Of a DNA stretch of 64,000 nt, positions 23,213-35,143 are shown one piece after another; the stretch's first letter is position 1, and each line of letters opens with the position of its first letter. The notes under the pieces were generated by a model. That model saw only the letters and a list, made by a program, of their open reading frames with translations. It was not told the DNA's origin and did no database searches. The stretch lies in NCBI GenBank assembly GCA_052426225.1, contig JBNJNM010000012.1, forward strand, positions 1,488,001 through 1,552,000, in the 5' to 3' direction. Both the position numbers and the translations under genes were made by a program. This stretch comes from Zancudomyces culisetae HAW-14-8 (taxonomy: Eukaryota; Fungi; Kickxellomycota).

Positions 23213-23293
23213 CCGAGAATAGCTCAGCGGTAGAGCGGGAGACTGTAGTGAATTGTCATCTCTAGGTCCCTGGTTCAAATCCGGGTTCTCGGA
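23213..23293 (+). tRNA. tRNA-Tyr(GUA) with 9-nt intron
   Basis: Full cloverleaf: CCGAGAA/TTCTCGG acceptor, GCTC/GAGC D-stem, GGAGA-CT-GTA-G, intron TGAATTGTC, GGTTCAAATCC T-arm; T6 terminator at 23294-23299. Confidence 0.95.
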
Positions 23294-25905
23294 TTTTTTA
23301 CGATTCCATTTTTTAATTATATGATACTACAAACATTTATGTTTTTTTCAGTTAAAATATCAATAATATTTTTGTATCTATATTCTTATTTGACATAAGC
23401 TTTAATATAAAAATCAACATATAAATTATATTTTACTATCTATATTCTCAATTTTCAAGTTGGTTTATATACTGCAAAAGTTCTAATGAACCTTGATTTA
23501 TTATTTATTAGTTAAACATATGTGTATATAATATATACATTAATATTTCTAGTTGTATTAGTGATTACAAACTACAATAATACAAATAAACCAAAAATTT
23601 TAAATTATATATAATTATAATAAAGTTTCAACCATATATCAGCAAACTGATTCATTGTATTTTTCATAACGATCTACGACTATCTGATTTGCTAACTCCA
23701 AATATTGCCGAATTTGAAAACAAACTATAACTGTAATGGAATTCTAAATTAATTTAATTTATAAAAATAATAAAATATATGTTTTATCATTTATTATGAT
23801 AAGTATTATTTAACCTTATTGTTGAATTTGTAAGCACAATTGGTAGTAATTCACTCTTGGTTTTACTAATACATTATATTATCTTATTCATTATTATATT
23901 CGCATTTCGAAACTAGACCCAGAAATAGTAAAACTTTTTAGGTATTATTACATGGATTATAGTATTTAGTTGTCATAAATGACAATCACAAACCAGTTAA
24001 TATATGTTTAACATTCAATTAGTTTATTTATTAATTTAAAACAGTTTCATAAAATTATTTAAAGTATGAAAAAATGTTTCACTATATATTTATAGTTCTA
24101 TATATACTTTTTAATCTAAGTAGATCCTATAGTTACATTAGTAATACAAGTACAAGTATATTTATAAAGTCAAACGAATATTTTATCGATTCTCTAGCGA
24201 TAAAATTTCTCTTATTCCATTTTAAGTATTAGTTTGTCTAGTTAATAAAATATGGTTATACCTAAACTAATTTCATGACATTAGTATCTGTCATGATCCA
24301 TTCATGACATTTTGGAGAAATCCATAATAAATTTGGATTTGGGTTTAAACAAAATTATATTTAATTTTGGGTAAAACAATAATTAACCACGTTTTGTGTT
24401 TATTAATTACCCATAATAAGGTAAGCAAATATTAGTTAATATAATTTTTCAATACCCAAAACCCAACCTCAAAATACTATTCAATTAAAAAGTTGATTAT
24501 ATATAAGTATCATACCTAAAATCGCTATCGGTATGGCAAAATTATTATTGATTAGGATAGTAGTTTAAAACTTACTAGTTAAAATATTTAAATAAATTAC
24601 TACATCAATAAAATACAAACTAAACTTGTAAAATACTTCCTATAACTGTCTGGACCTGACAACTAGGTATTATTTTATTAAATTTTATTTAGTTATTAAA
24701 ACTAGTATATATATTGTGTAGATATTTTATTGCTGTAGCTTCTCTTTCGATAAAATCTATGGCTATATATACTTTTCCAAAACTACTAAAAACTATGAAA
24801 ACATTTTATAACTTTAAAGAATATTCTAGAATGTTAGAATTCTAGATTTATTTCTAATCAATTGATTAGTAATGTAAAACGTGTAAATTGCGCAGTAAAA
24901 TGTCGTAATTTTAACACGTTTCTAAATTACCTAATCTACTGCGCAATCAACAAAGTTATATTTTCCAAAATGATATTTGAGAATATTGCGCAGCATTGTT
25001 ATGGTTTTAAATTTTATAAAACCTTTGTCTCCACAGGACAATGTTTCATATAATTTATCATTTATAACCATAACATTTACCGACCTCCACATTATTAATT
25101 TAAATGTTTTTGTTATGTTTTAGTTATGTTTCAGTTTTGTTTTAAATTTAGTATATTTTTAACATTATCGTCCCATCATGAAAAGTATATGAGCTATACG
25201 ATTTTCATGATGGAACGATAAGTTTTACAACGAGTTTAGTTTCGTTTATTCACTTATAGTCTAGTTTATTAATAAAAATAATTTATCCAAGTCCAGACCC
25301 TGACATATGAATGTATACTAGATACTAATTACTGAACTCAAGACAGGAAAATTGTACCCATTTTATACTTTTTTCCATGCCTTGGTTTTTAAATAAAATC
25401 TCTTGAAAACTGCGGAATAGCTAAAAATGGAACTAAAGAAAATGTATTTGATTATAAATCAAATTGGATAAGTTATCAAACAAAAATCAAAAACGAATGT
25501 TAATAAAATTAAACATGTGAAAATTATTACGTAAGTAAAAATTAATTTCAATGAGAATTTTCGGAAATGTTCTAGAATGTTGGGGAACATTCTAGAATCG
25601 GTTCATGGCATGAACAGTTTTGATACAAAAATAAAACATTAATAACGTTATACATAAATAAAGTTGTAATTGCAGTATATAATTATAGCTACAATACATG
25701 TATCAGAGCAATGTAAAGTATAATTTCAATTCCTATATACATGAAAAAATTCTTACTCAGAACCTTAACGAAATTCTAAACCTTTATTGATTGTAGTAGT
25801 TATAGCCAGATCTCAATACCATATGATGTCAACAAGTCAAAATTTTCATGAGTTAAAGCTAGTATGAATAAAAACATCACATCTAACTCAGGAGATTGTC
25901 CAACA

Positions 25906-26976
25906 AAGCTTCCACACCAAAACATGCGAATGTGTACTAGGATGATATTATCTGGAGTGTATCGATCTGCTACTTCGATACAAAAGAAGTTAGAAATGGA
26001 TAATATCGTTAGTGCTAGTAAATTCTACAATATATAGGGCTTTTAATGAACTAAAAGCTGTTGCAAAAAAGAAGGCCTCCAAACCGAAACTGAGCCTTAA
26101 AAATATTGCAAAAAGGTTGAGATTCGCAAAATCTCATCGCCACTGGACTACTGATGATTGGAGGAGAGTAATTTGGTCCGACGAAACTAGAATCAATTGA
26201 TTTGGATCTGATGGAAATGAATGGACTTGGGTTCGTGATGGTGTGAGTCTACAGCCGCACAATATTAACCAGACCGTAAAACACGGTGGAGGATCATTAA
26301 TGATTTGGGGATGCATCACAGCATCTGGAACTGGCTACATGTGCCGAATAGAAGGAACGTACAACAAGGAAGATTATTTAAACATTTTAAAAGACAAGCT
26401 TAGCAATACAATAAAGTACTACAAGTTGGATCCCAAGTCAATAATATTTCAACATGACAATGATCCTAAACATACCGCAAAGTTAGTTACCAGCTGGCTT
26501 GAAAACCAGGAATATAATACATTGGACTGGCCGCCACAATCTCCAGACTTAAACCCGTTCGAAACTATATGGGCAATCATCAAAAGACGCCTAAATAGAT
26601 ACAGTAAACCTCCGTCCGGGATGATCGAATTATGGGAGCGAATAGAAACGGAATGGAATATAATATCAGTGGAAACTATACTTGGTCTTATAGATAGTAT
26701 GCTTAAAAAAGTTGAGGCAGTTATCAAGTCTAATGGAATAGATCAGCATTTTAAAGTTTTTTTTTGAAAAATTCCCAAAATTGTCTCATTTTTAAAATTT
26801 TTCAGTTTATAATTTTATAATGAATTTTTAACCAATAATAATACTAATTATATAAAATTAAATTATACCAATTGTGCATTATAAATATTAAAACATATAA
26901 TTACTGGATATTATAGAACGAGAATTACATTTTAAAAATTATTATCAATATTTTGAGACATTTTTGAAATTCACTG
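25906..26976 (+). mobile_element. Tc1 copy 2, 5'-truncated
   Basis: Same family as 19231-20796; intact 3' TIR ending TCACTG|TA; begins right after an LTR-like ...CAACA end. Confidence 0.92.
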
Positions 26977-27134
26977 TACATCAGAACCAGAGAACTCAAG
27001 CCTAGGTACATTAAAGTCGGGTTACCCAATGTCGACAAGACCCCATTTTATGTTAAAAAATGGGCCGAAATGATTTGTAGCAGCTATTTTTCAGACCTCA
27101 TGGAATACAAGAGTGCGTGAACCAGGCTAATAAC

Positions 27135-27527
27135 TGTCACGACTTGACACTAAGTACCATTTGTATTAACTATGGCTATTATTTATTTAATAAAATACTA
27201 TATGATGAAAAGTATTTTATTTCTAAAATTTCTTAAAGCAATAAAATCCTTGTCCTTATATAGTTTTACAATATACAAAATTAATTGTAAAAAATTATAA
27301 AACTATACTTAAACTATAACTTAAAATAATAAATATTAACATTCAACTCCACAGTTAACATTTAATAATTTGGGGTAAAACCAAATAATTAAAATTATTA
27401 ATTCTTACTCCATAATAAATAATTTATGGATTAAGAATTAAAGCGGAGAAAACGTTAATAAATTTAACATTTGCTATTTTTAATAACATATCAAAAATAG
27501 CAATAATGTCATGAATGGATCATGACA
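27135..27527 (-). repeat. Solo LTR, family X (element D family)
   Basis: TGTCACGACTTGACAC...GATCATGACA; homologous to 62031-62431 and 40003-40394; TSD degenerate. Confidence 0.88.
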
Positions 27528-29918
27528 CCAACGAAGTATCAACAAACAGGAACAGAATACCATCAAATGTCAATCCCACCAGTAAACCAGGAACCCGGAT
27601 CAGAAAGCGACTATTTCTCAGCCGACAAACCAGAGACAGCCAAGCAAACTGAAGCCGATCAAGCTGACATGCCGAATCCAAGAAACCGAAACAGCTTGTA
27701 GATACCAAACAAGAAAAACCGCCACAGATCACCGAAATCTCACCGCCGACACTAGAACCAGAAAACGCCCCGCCAGATACTGCCACGCCCCCAGTAGTGC
27801 TCATAAGTCCACCCCCAACAATAACTCAATTACCCCGTCAAGACCATCAGAAACACACACTCCAGGAGGAGCCCAGCACTGAAGAACAAGTGATTCCGGA
27901 GGTCTACAGTCAATTTATGGAGGTATTCAGCAAGGAGAAAGCCAATACACTTCCAATCCACAGAAGATACGACTGCCCAATAGACCTAAAACCCGGATCC
28001 GAGCCAACATTTGACTCCATTTACAATTTAACGGAACCAGAAAGACGAGAACTGGCAAAATACACAAAGGAAAACTTAGCCAATGGGTTCATCAGGAAAT
28101 CCAAAACATCAGCAGGAGCTCCAATCATGTTTATCAACATGAAAGATTGTTCGCTCAGACTTTGCGTGGACTACAGGAAGCTTAACGAAGCGACAGTAAA
28201 GAACCGCTACCCGCTACCCAGAATAGATGATTTGCTGGACAGACTTAGAACAGCCAAGATTTTCACCAAGCATGATCTACGGAACGCCTACCATTTAGTC
28301 AGAATCTGAGAAGGCGACGAATGGAAAACCGCGTTCAGATGTAGGGAAGGCCACTTTGAGTACCAAGTAATGCCATTCGGGCTTACAAACGCTCCAGCCA
28401 CGTTCCAACACTTCATCAACGACGTACTGAGGGATGTCCTGGACCATTCCGCATTCGCATACCTCGATGATATCTTAGTCTTTTCTAACTCTATGAACGA
28501 ATACATTGATTATGTGAAATCCGTACTGGGTAAACTTTTGTGACATAATCTTTATGTCAAAGGGGAAAAATGCGTTTTTCATGTGAACAAGGTTCAACGT
28601 TTGGGGCAGGTTATTCAGACAAAAGAGTAGAAGCCGAGTCAGAAAGCTAAAAAATGTGATGAAATGGGAAACACCCAAGAACAACAAAGACATCCAAACA
28701 TTTTTAGGCTTCGCTAACTATTACAGTAAATTTATACCAGACTTCGCCAAGATGGCAGCCCCACTGTCAAGACTGCTAAAGAAAGTTCAAGGATTTACCT
28801 GGACTCAAGAAACGGAAATGGCCTTTAACGAACTCAAATGGAATCTGACATCTACCGCAGTGCTCAAATTTCCAGACCCAGACAGACCATTCATAGTAGA
28901 AACAGACGCATCGGACTTTGCAATAGGAGCAGTGCTATCGCAGGAAGACTCGGTTGGATCACTAGCACCATGCGCATTCTACTTGAGAAAACTCCAGCAG
29001 GCAGAGATCAATTATAACATTTTTGACAAGGAATTATTAGCCATAGTCGAAGCCCTAAAGGAATGGAGACACTACCTCGAGGGAGCAAATCACAAGGTGA
29101 CAATACTTTCGGACCATAAAAATCTGGAATACTTCAAGACAGCTTAATCACTGAACCGCAGACACGCATGATGGATCATTTACCTCAGCAGATACGACTT
29201 CACAATTAAGTTCAGACCAGGGAAAAACAGCGGGAAACCAGATGCGTTGTCTCGAAGAGCAGAATATAAGGCCAAAGAAGAGCAGAACACGCCGATTATC
29301 CCAGCCAAACACTTTTTGAACATGATCAGTAGTCCAATCAACTCAATCAGAGAATCCATAGTTCAAATGATAGCAGCAGAGCCAGAAAAGATAAATGAAG
29401 AGCTCAACAGCATCAGAAAAAAATCTCCAACATCATTCCCGGAGTTAATGAACAGGCAGGAGTATACTTTATTGACAAAAAGGTATGGGTACCAGAAAGA
29501 TTAATATTAGATGTGATCCGCTCCCGTCACGATTCACTCGTAGCAGGCCATTTCGGAATAGCAAAGACTTTGGACCTTATCAACCGCGATTTCTGGTTTT
29601 CAAAGATAAACAAATACGTCAAAGAATACATTAAATCCTGCGAAATTTGCTCCAGATCCAAGCCCAGCCGCCACAAAAAGTTCGGACTACTGCAACCCCT
29701 GCCAGTCGCATCCGCTCCCTGGAAATCCATTACCATGGTGTCAGGAAACTAATTTATTTAAGTTGGGAAACTTAATGTTCCCAAGTTAGGATTCAAAGGT
29801 AATTGTATATGATTAAAAATAAATATTAAAACTTATGGGTAAATAATGCGATTCTGACATTATCCCCCCTTCAAAGAATATTTTAAATATATAAAAATAA
29901 TATCTTGGACAAAAATGT

Positions 29919-30184
29919 GAGCTTATAGTCGAGTGGCTAAGGCGTCGAACTTGTATTCTGCAGGACCCTGGTTCGATCCTTCGCTGTAAGACCGTAATTG
30001 GGAAGTAATTAGCTGTAGAGTGGATGTGATGTTTCACGGGGCCAATGTGCGCGATAACGTCCTTCGGGACTATACCGGACCGTTTCACCTCTCCGATAAC
30101 TCCTTCGGGATCTCGAGCAGTTAATTCGAATCACGTGATCGTGTGGCCCAAGACGTTAGCGCCCTCCTAAGTTCATTCTTTTTT
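29919..30184 (+). ncRNA. Putative tRNA-derived Pol III transcription unit, antisense in the 3' UTR of element C
   Basis: A box TAGTCGAGTGG (29926-29936), B box GGTTCGATCC (29970-29979), upstream TATATAAAAA, two cUUCGg hairpins, T6 at 30179-30184. Confidence 0.6.
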
Positions 30185-30257
30185 ATTTTTTCTTTTATAA
30201 TTTTTTATGCTTTTTAGTTGTTTTTAGGTTGTTTTTATAGTTTTTATAGATAAGTAT

Positions 30258-33200
30258 TTAGGTATAATATTGGTTAAATAATAAAATATAATGTTGCTCA
30301 TATGGTTTGTTGTGATATGTCTTATAGTATTTTTTCAATAGTTGAGGCGCGTTTATGTTTTCAATCGGCTCCCAGCTTCTTTCACTTATGTCAAAGCCTT
30401 TCCAATCAACTAAGTAATATTTTTTACCCCGTACAAGCTTAGAATCCAAAATAGCCTTAACTTCATATTCTTTATTTCCATTTATAATTAGAGGTGGAGG
30501 AGGACTGTCTATTAATCTGCGGTTACTGCTGGGTTCGATATACGGTTCCAATAACGAGACATGAAAAGTGTTATGGATTTTCATTGATGGCGGGAGGTCT
30601 AAACGGACAGAAACAGGATTGATAATTTTAGAGATGGTGAAAGGTCCTAGAAGTCTATGGTCAAACTTTTTAGAAGGCCTTTGAGTTTTGATATTTTGGC
30701 TGGATAGCCAAACCTTGTCACCTAGTTTATACTTTGGATGTTCAGATCGGTTTACATCAGCATACTTTTTATATTCCTGAGATTTCTTGTTAAGTATGGA
30801 AGTGAGGGCTGATTGAAGTTCTTTGAGTTGTTTTATCCTATCAGAAGCGCTGGGAACTTGAACATTTTTTATGATTTGAGGATCAAATCTTGGATGATAA
30901 CCATATAGAGCAAAGAAAGGAGAAGTATTAGTGCTGGAGTGGAGAGTGTTGTTATAAGCAAATTCGGCAATTGGGAGCAGTTCAAACCAATTATCTTGCT
31001 GATAGTTGATGAAACAGCGTAGATACTGTTCCAATGTTTGATTCACCCGCTCCGTTTGACCGTCTGTCTCTGGATGGAAGGCTGTAGACATCCTAGTATC
31101 AACTTTGAGCAGTTTGAATAGTGAACTCCAAAATTTGGACGAGAATTGGGTTCCACGGTCAGAGATTATGACGTCTGGTAGTCCATGAAGCTTGAATACG
31201 TGGGTAAAGAAGGCGGAGGCAGTTTCTTCTGAGGATGGCAGCTTCTTAAGCGGGATGAAATGGCTCATTTTAGTGAACCTGTCTACAACTACCATAATAG
31301 TAGTGTGCTTGTTGGATGGAGGAAGATCAGTTATGAAATCCATGGTGATAGATTTCCATGGGCCTGAGGGAGCGGGTAGCGGAAGTAGTTTACCGTAAAC
31401 TTTGTGTCTTCTGTCCTTTGATCTATTGCATGTATCACAGGTTTGAACAAACTCTTTAATAAATTTGCGCATTCCTGGAAACCAAAAGTCTCGTTCCACG
31501 AGCTCCAATGTCTTCTTAGCACCAAAATGGCCGGCTGGGCCACTGTCATGTCTAGAACTTACAACTTGCGGCTTCATTTTGTCGGGGACGACAACACGGT
31601 TTCCAAGCATTACAATCCCATCTTCTACTTCTACTGGCTCGTTAGACTTATGGCTGCTCTGGTATCTTGCGGCATCCAATAATCCTTCTAGATGGGCTTT
31701 GCTGGATTTGGCGATTTCTTGAGCAAAATCACTGTCCACTATGCTAATAATGTCTATGAAGTGGTCTTCGCCTATGATGTTGTTGTTGGCGACCTTATCA
31801 GGTGTGTGATTGGGCAAACGAGAAAGAGCGTCAGGTTTGCCTCCTTGAGATCCAGGCCTGTAGGTTATGATGAAGCTGAATCTACTGAGATCAAGAGACC
31901 ATCTTGCGTGTCTTCTGTTGAGTGACTTCAGATTTTTAAAGGTCTCCAGATTCTTATGGTCAGTAAGAATCTTGAACGGGATGGAGGAGCCTTCCAGATG
32001 ATGTCGCCATTCTTTGAGAGCCTTGATGATTGCCAAAAGTTCCTTGTCATAGATATTATAGTTGGATTCGGCAGTGTTGAGTTTGTAAGAGTAGTAGGCA
32101 CAAGGACGGAGATCACCGTTTTCATCTTCTTGGGACAGAGCAGCCCCAATGGCGTAGTCTGAGGCGTCAGTTTCCAGAATAAACTGTTTTCCTGGGTCAG
32201 GGTATCTGAGAACGGGGGAAGTGGTGAGATCCTGGATAAGAGTATTAAAGGCTTCACCTGCCTCCTTACTCCAAACGAACGGTGTATCCTTTTTCAGAAG
32301 TCTTGTGATTGGCAGGGCTTTCAGCGAGAAGTATGGGATAAACTTTCGGTAGTAATTGGCAAAACCGAGAAACTTCTGGACCTCCTTGACATTGGTGGGT
32401 GGTAGCGATTCCTTTACACACTTGACTTTAGCAGGATCGGTGGCTATTCCATCTGAAGACACAACATGGCCTAGAAATTCAACTTCCCTGATATGGAAGT
32501 GACATTTTTCGGCGTTACAGTACAGACCATTTTCAAGCAGCTTTTTCAGAACAGATTTCACATGATTGATGTGAGTGTCAGTGTCATTGGAAAATATCAA
32601 GATGTCGTCAAGGTATGCAATTGCATAGAGATCCAATACATCTCGTAACACATCATTGATAAAGTGCTGAAAGGTGGCGGGAGCATTTGTCAAGCCAAAT
32701 GGCATGACCTGGTACTCAAAGTGGCCATATCTGCACCTAAATGCAGTTTTCCACTCGTCACCTTCCTTGATCCGCACCAAGTTGTAGGCACCTTTGAGAT
32801 CCAATTTTGTAAAGACCTTGGCTGTACGCAGCCGATCGAACGCCTCATCAATCCTAGGTAATGGGTACCTATTCTTGATGGTAGCTTCGTTCAATCGGCG
32901 GTAGTCAACACAAAGGCGCAAGTCTCCAGACTTCTTCTTTACAAACATGATTGGTGCACCGGCAGGGGAAACAGTGCGTCTGGTGAAGCCATTGGTGAGG
33001 TTTTCGCGGATGTAACCTCTTAGAGACTCTAACTCTACTTCAGATAGCGGGTATATTGGCCCCCAGTATGGGGTGTAACCCTCTTTGGTGTTGACAGGAC
33101 AGTCATAACGGCGGTGAGGAGGAAGTGAGACGGCAGACTTGGGATTGAACACTTCCTTGAATTCAGAGTATATTACTGGAAGTTGCGGGAATTCTTCCAA

Positions 33201-34250
33201 GTACTCTAGTGGGGACTCAGAAACGGCAAAAGTTACAGGATCTGGATCCAAGGAATATTCTGGCTCGGGGGTGGTGACTGGGGTATTTTTATGAAATGGC
33301 CGGGATCTGACGACTGGTTCTCTTGGCTCAATTTTCTTCAGGATTGCTTTGGGAAGTTCAGGCCTGAGTGGTGCTTTTGGCACAGGGGTTACTGGACGAC
33401 GGGGCTCAGGAATTTGCTTGACAACATGGTTATCTACTGGGTTCACAATAGCTGCGGGTTTGGGCAAACTTTGGGTTTCAGGTTCTGGAGTGACTGATTG
33501 GGCTGGTGCAGGAACAGGAACAGGAAGAATCTCTTCAATTCTGGCGTATGGATTTGACGGGGCTGGGCTGGGGAGATCAGGAGACGGAGGCGGTGAAAAT
33601 CTTTGATTTTCAGTGTTTGAATCGTCCAACTTGACCGATTCGAGCAACTTGGCACTGTGTGGTAGCAGGGTAGTTGATAATCTATTCAACACCCTTTGGA
33701 GGATAGTTGGGTTTGTGGACGTATTCTGACTAATATTTTGTTCTACTGGATCTGGATCTGGTTCATCAGGTGACTTGAACACGGCCTGGATGGAGTGGGT
33801 ATCAACACAATTTGTACTGCAAAAGTCAGAGTCGAAGTGGATCTGGAGGTCTGGCCAAGTTATACTAGGATTGTGTTTGCGTAACCAGGGTAATCCAAAA
33901 ATAATGTCAGCGTGATTGGTTGGAATCGGGATAAGGTCTAGGTGTTCAGAGTGGTTATGACCGGACTTGATATGGGCATTATCAACCTTGACCTTTATGC
34001 CTCCTGGGTATATCTGGTGACCATCAACACTTTCTAGGACGATGGTTTTTTCTGCTTCTTTGGTTGGGAGGTTTAGTTTTTCTAATAAATCTTGACGAAT
34101 AAAGTTGGCTGAAGCACCGGAGTCCACTAATGCAACAAGTTCGTGTAGATTATTTAAAACAACTTTAATATGGAATTTATTACTAGAAATATTAGAATTA
34201 TTAGCTACGCTCAGGAGTAACTCCCGGACTACATCTGAGCACTGTCTTTT
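30258..34250 (-). CDS. pol: Pol (PR-RT-RH-IN-chromodomain) of element C
   Basis: 1289-aa ORF with VDSGA, YLDD, ETDAS, integrase and EYEVKAILDS...WKGF; frame is open back into the gag end (-1 frame). Confidence 0.95.
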   Translation of the reverse strand, partial: KRQCSDVVRELLLSVANNSNISSNKFHIKVVLNNLHELVALVDSGASANFIRQDLLEKLNLPTKEAEKTIVLESVDGHQIYPGGIKVKVDNAHIKSGHNHSEHLDLIPIPTNHADIIFGLPWLRKHNPSITWPDLQIHFDSDFCSTNCVDTHSIQAVFKSPDEPDPDPVEQNISQNTSTNPTILQRVLNRLSTTLLPHSAKLLESVKLDDSNTENQRFSPPPSPDLPSPAPSNPYARIEEILPVPVPAPAQSVTPEPETQSLPKPAAIVNPVDNHVVKQIPEPRRPVTPVPKAPLRPELPKAILKKIEPREPVVRSRPFHKNTPVTTPEPEYSLDPDPVTFAVSESPLEYLEEFPQLPVIYSEFKEVFNPKSAVSLPPHRRYDCPVNTKEGYTPYWGPIYPLSEVELESLRGYIRENLTNGFTRRTVSPAGAPIMFVKKKSGDLRLCVDYRRLNEATIKNRYPLPRIDEAFDRLRTAKVFTKLDLKGAYNLVRIKEGDEWKTAFRCRYGHFEYQVMPFGLTNAPATFQHFINDVLRDVLDLYAIAYLDDILIFSNDTDTHINHVKSVLKKLLENGLYCNAEKCHFHIREVEFLGHVVSSDGIATDPAKVKCVKESLPPTNVKEVQKFLGFANYYRKFIPYFSLKALPITRLLKKDTPFVWSKEAGEAFNTLIQDLTTSPVLRYPDPGKQFILETDASDYAIGAALSQEDENGDLRPCAYYSYKLNTAESNYNIYDKELLAIIKALKEWRHHLEGSSIPFKILTDHKNLETFKNLKSLNRRHARWSLDLSRFSFIITYRPGSQGGKPDALSRLPNHTPDKVANNNIIGEDHFIDIISIVDSDFAQEIAKSSKAHLEGLLDAARYQSSHKSNEPVEVEDGIVMLGNRVVVPDKMKPQVVSSRHDSGPAGHFGAKKTLELVERDFWFPGMRKFIKEFVQTCDTCNRSKDRRHKVYGKLLPLPAPSGPWKSITMDFITDLPPSNKHTTIMVVVDRFTKMSHFIPLKKLPSSEETASAFFTHVFKLHGLPDVIISDRGTQFSSKFWSSLFKLLKVDTRMSTAFHPETDGQTERVNQTLEQYLRCFINYQQDNWFELLPIAEFAYNNTLHSSTNTSPFFALYGYHPRFDPQIIKNVQVPSASDRIKQLKELQSALTSILNKKSQEYKKYADVNRSEHPKYKLGDKVWLSSQNIKTQRPSKKFDHRLLGPFTISKIINPVSVRLDLPPSMKIHNTFHVSLLEPYIEPSSNRRLIDSPPPPLIINGNKEYEVKAILDSKLVRGKKYYLVDWKGFDISERSWEPIENINAPQLLKKYYKTYHNKPYEQHYILLFNQYYT

Positions 34251-35143
34251 GGCACCCCAGGTATAGGGGGTCTTGGCCTGCGGAGCGGACAGTTACGGAG
34301 AATGTGGTTCGGCTGACCACAGTATAGACAAAGTTTATTGGCTAATCTTCTCTGGCGTTCGGCTGTATCTAGCGGTGCTCTTGGACGGGAGGTGACGGCA
34401 TCAACGTCCATTGGTTCAGGAGCCTGGTGATCTGGGACAGGCATGGCTGGACGGGGGAAGACCGGTGGAGCCGGAGTACTCCAGTTGCGGAATGGGACGC
34501 TTCTCTTGGGCAGGTAGGCACTGCGGGCATTGATCCTGTTCTCAAGCTCTATCACCTGATCAATGAGCTGATCCAAGGTGTTTGGTAGCGGTTCAGTGGC
34601 AAGGCGCTGGACAAGGCTAGTATCCAATCCGATGTAAAACAGGTGAATTTTGGCTGGCTCGTTGAATCCACTGAGAGAGGCGAGGTTTCTGAACTCGGTT
34701 GCAAATTCCAGGACGGAACGCTGGGACTGGCGGCAACTATGAAGCTGGGTGATAGCTCGGGCTTGGTGGCCAGGATCTGAGAATCTCTTTTGAAATTCAT
34801 TCTCAAACCCTTTGAAATCTGAGAGCAACGGTGATTGGGTATCGATAAGGTTATCGAACCACAGGGCAGCATGACCGGCAAGGTGAGAACTGATGAACCA
34901 TATCTTGTTATGGTCACTCTGGAACACGTCTGGTCTGGCCCAGAACTGGCGCTTGATCTCGGCGGTGAAGGCTCGGAACCTTCCTGATTCTCCTGAGTAT
35001 TTCTGGATTTCTGGTATTCTGATACCATCAATCCTTGGCTGCGGATTTGCTGCAGGCAAATTTTGCAACTGACTGGGGACTTGGGCGGGTGTCTGGGCTT
35101 GAGCCTGGGCTTGAGCTTGACTTTCTTGCAAAGCTTGTTGCAT
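34229..35143 (-). CDS. gag: Gag of element C
   Basis: Gag domain, PMDVD motif, CLYCGQPNHILRNC knuckle; start uncertain (35143-35197). Confidence 0.92.
   Translation of the reverse strand: MQQALQESQAQAQAQAQTPAQVPSQLQNLPAANPQPRIDGIRIPEIQKYSGESGRFRAFTAEIKRQFWARPDVFQSDHNKIWFISSHLAGHAALWFDNLIDTQSPLLSDFKGFENEFQKRFSDPGHQARAITQLHSCRQSQRSVLEFATEFRNLASLSGFNEPAKIHLFYIGLDTSLVQRLATEPLPNTLDQLIDQVIELENRINARSAYLPKRSVPFRNWSTPAPPVFPRPAMPVPDHQAPEPMDVDAVTSRPRAPLDTAERQRRLANKLCLYCGQPNHILRNCPLRRPRPPIPGVPKDSAQM

Larger units (their letters stand above)
21003..26785 (+). repeat. Left arm of large inverted repeat
   Basis: 23213-26785 is collinear with the reverse complement of 48636-52208 (coordinate sum 75421); 21013-22440 matches 52904-54331 (sum 75344); only isolated substitutions seen. 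Confidence 0.95.

Noticed and set aside
23300-25905. Several LTR-like ends (…CATGACA 24280, TGTCATGA 24289, …CCTGACA 24661 and 25285, …CAACA 25905)
   Set aside because: Probably nested solo LTRs, but I could not pair ends or find TSDs, so no boundaries are called
29919-29995. Functional tRNA gene
   Set aside because: T-stem, anticodon stem and acceptor stem do not pair properly; reported only as a tRNA-derived cassette
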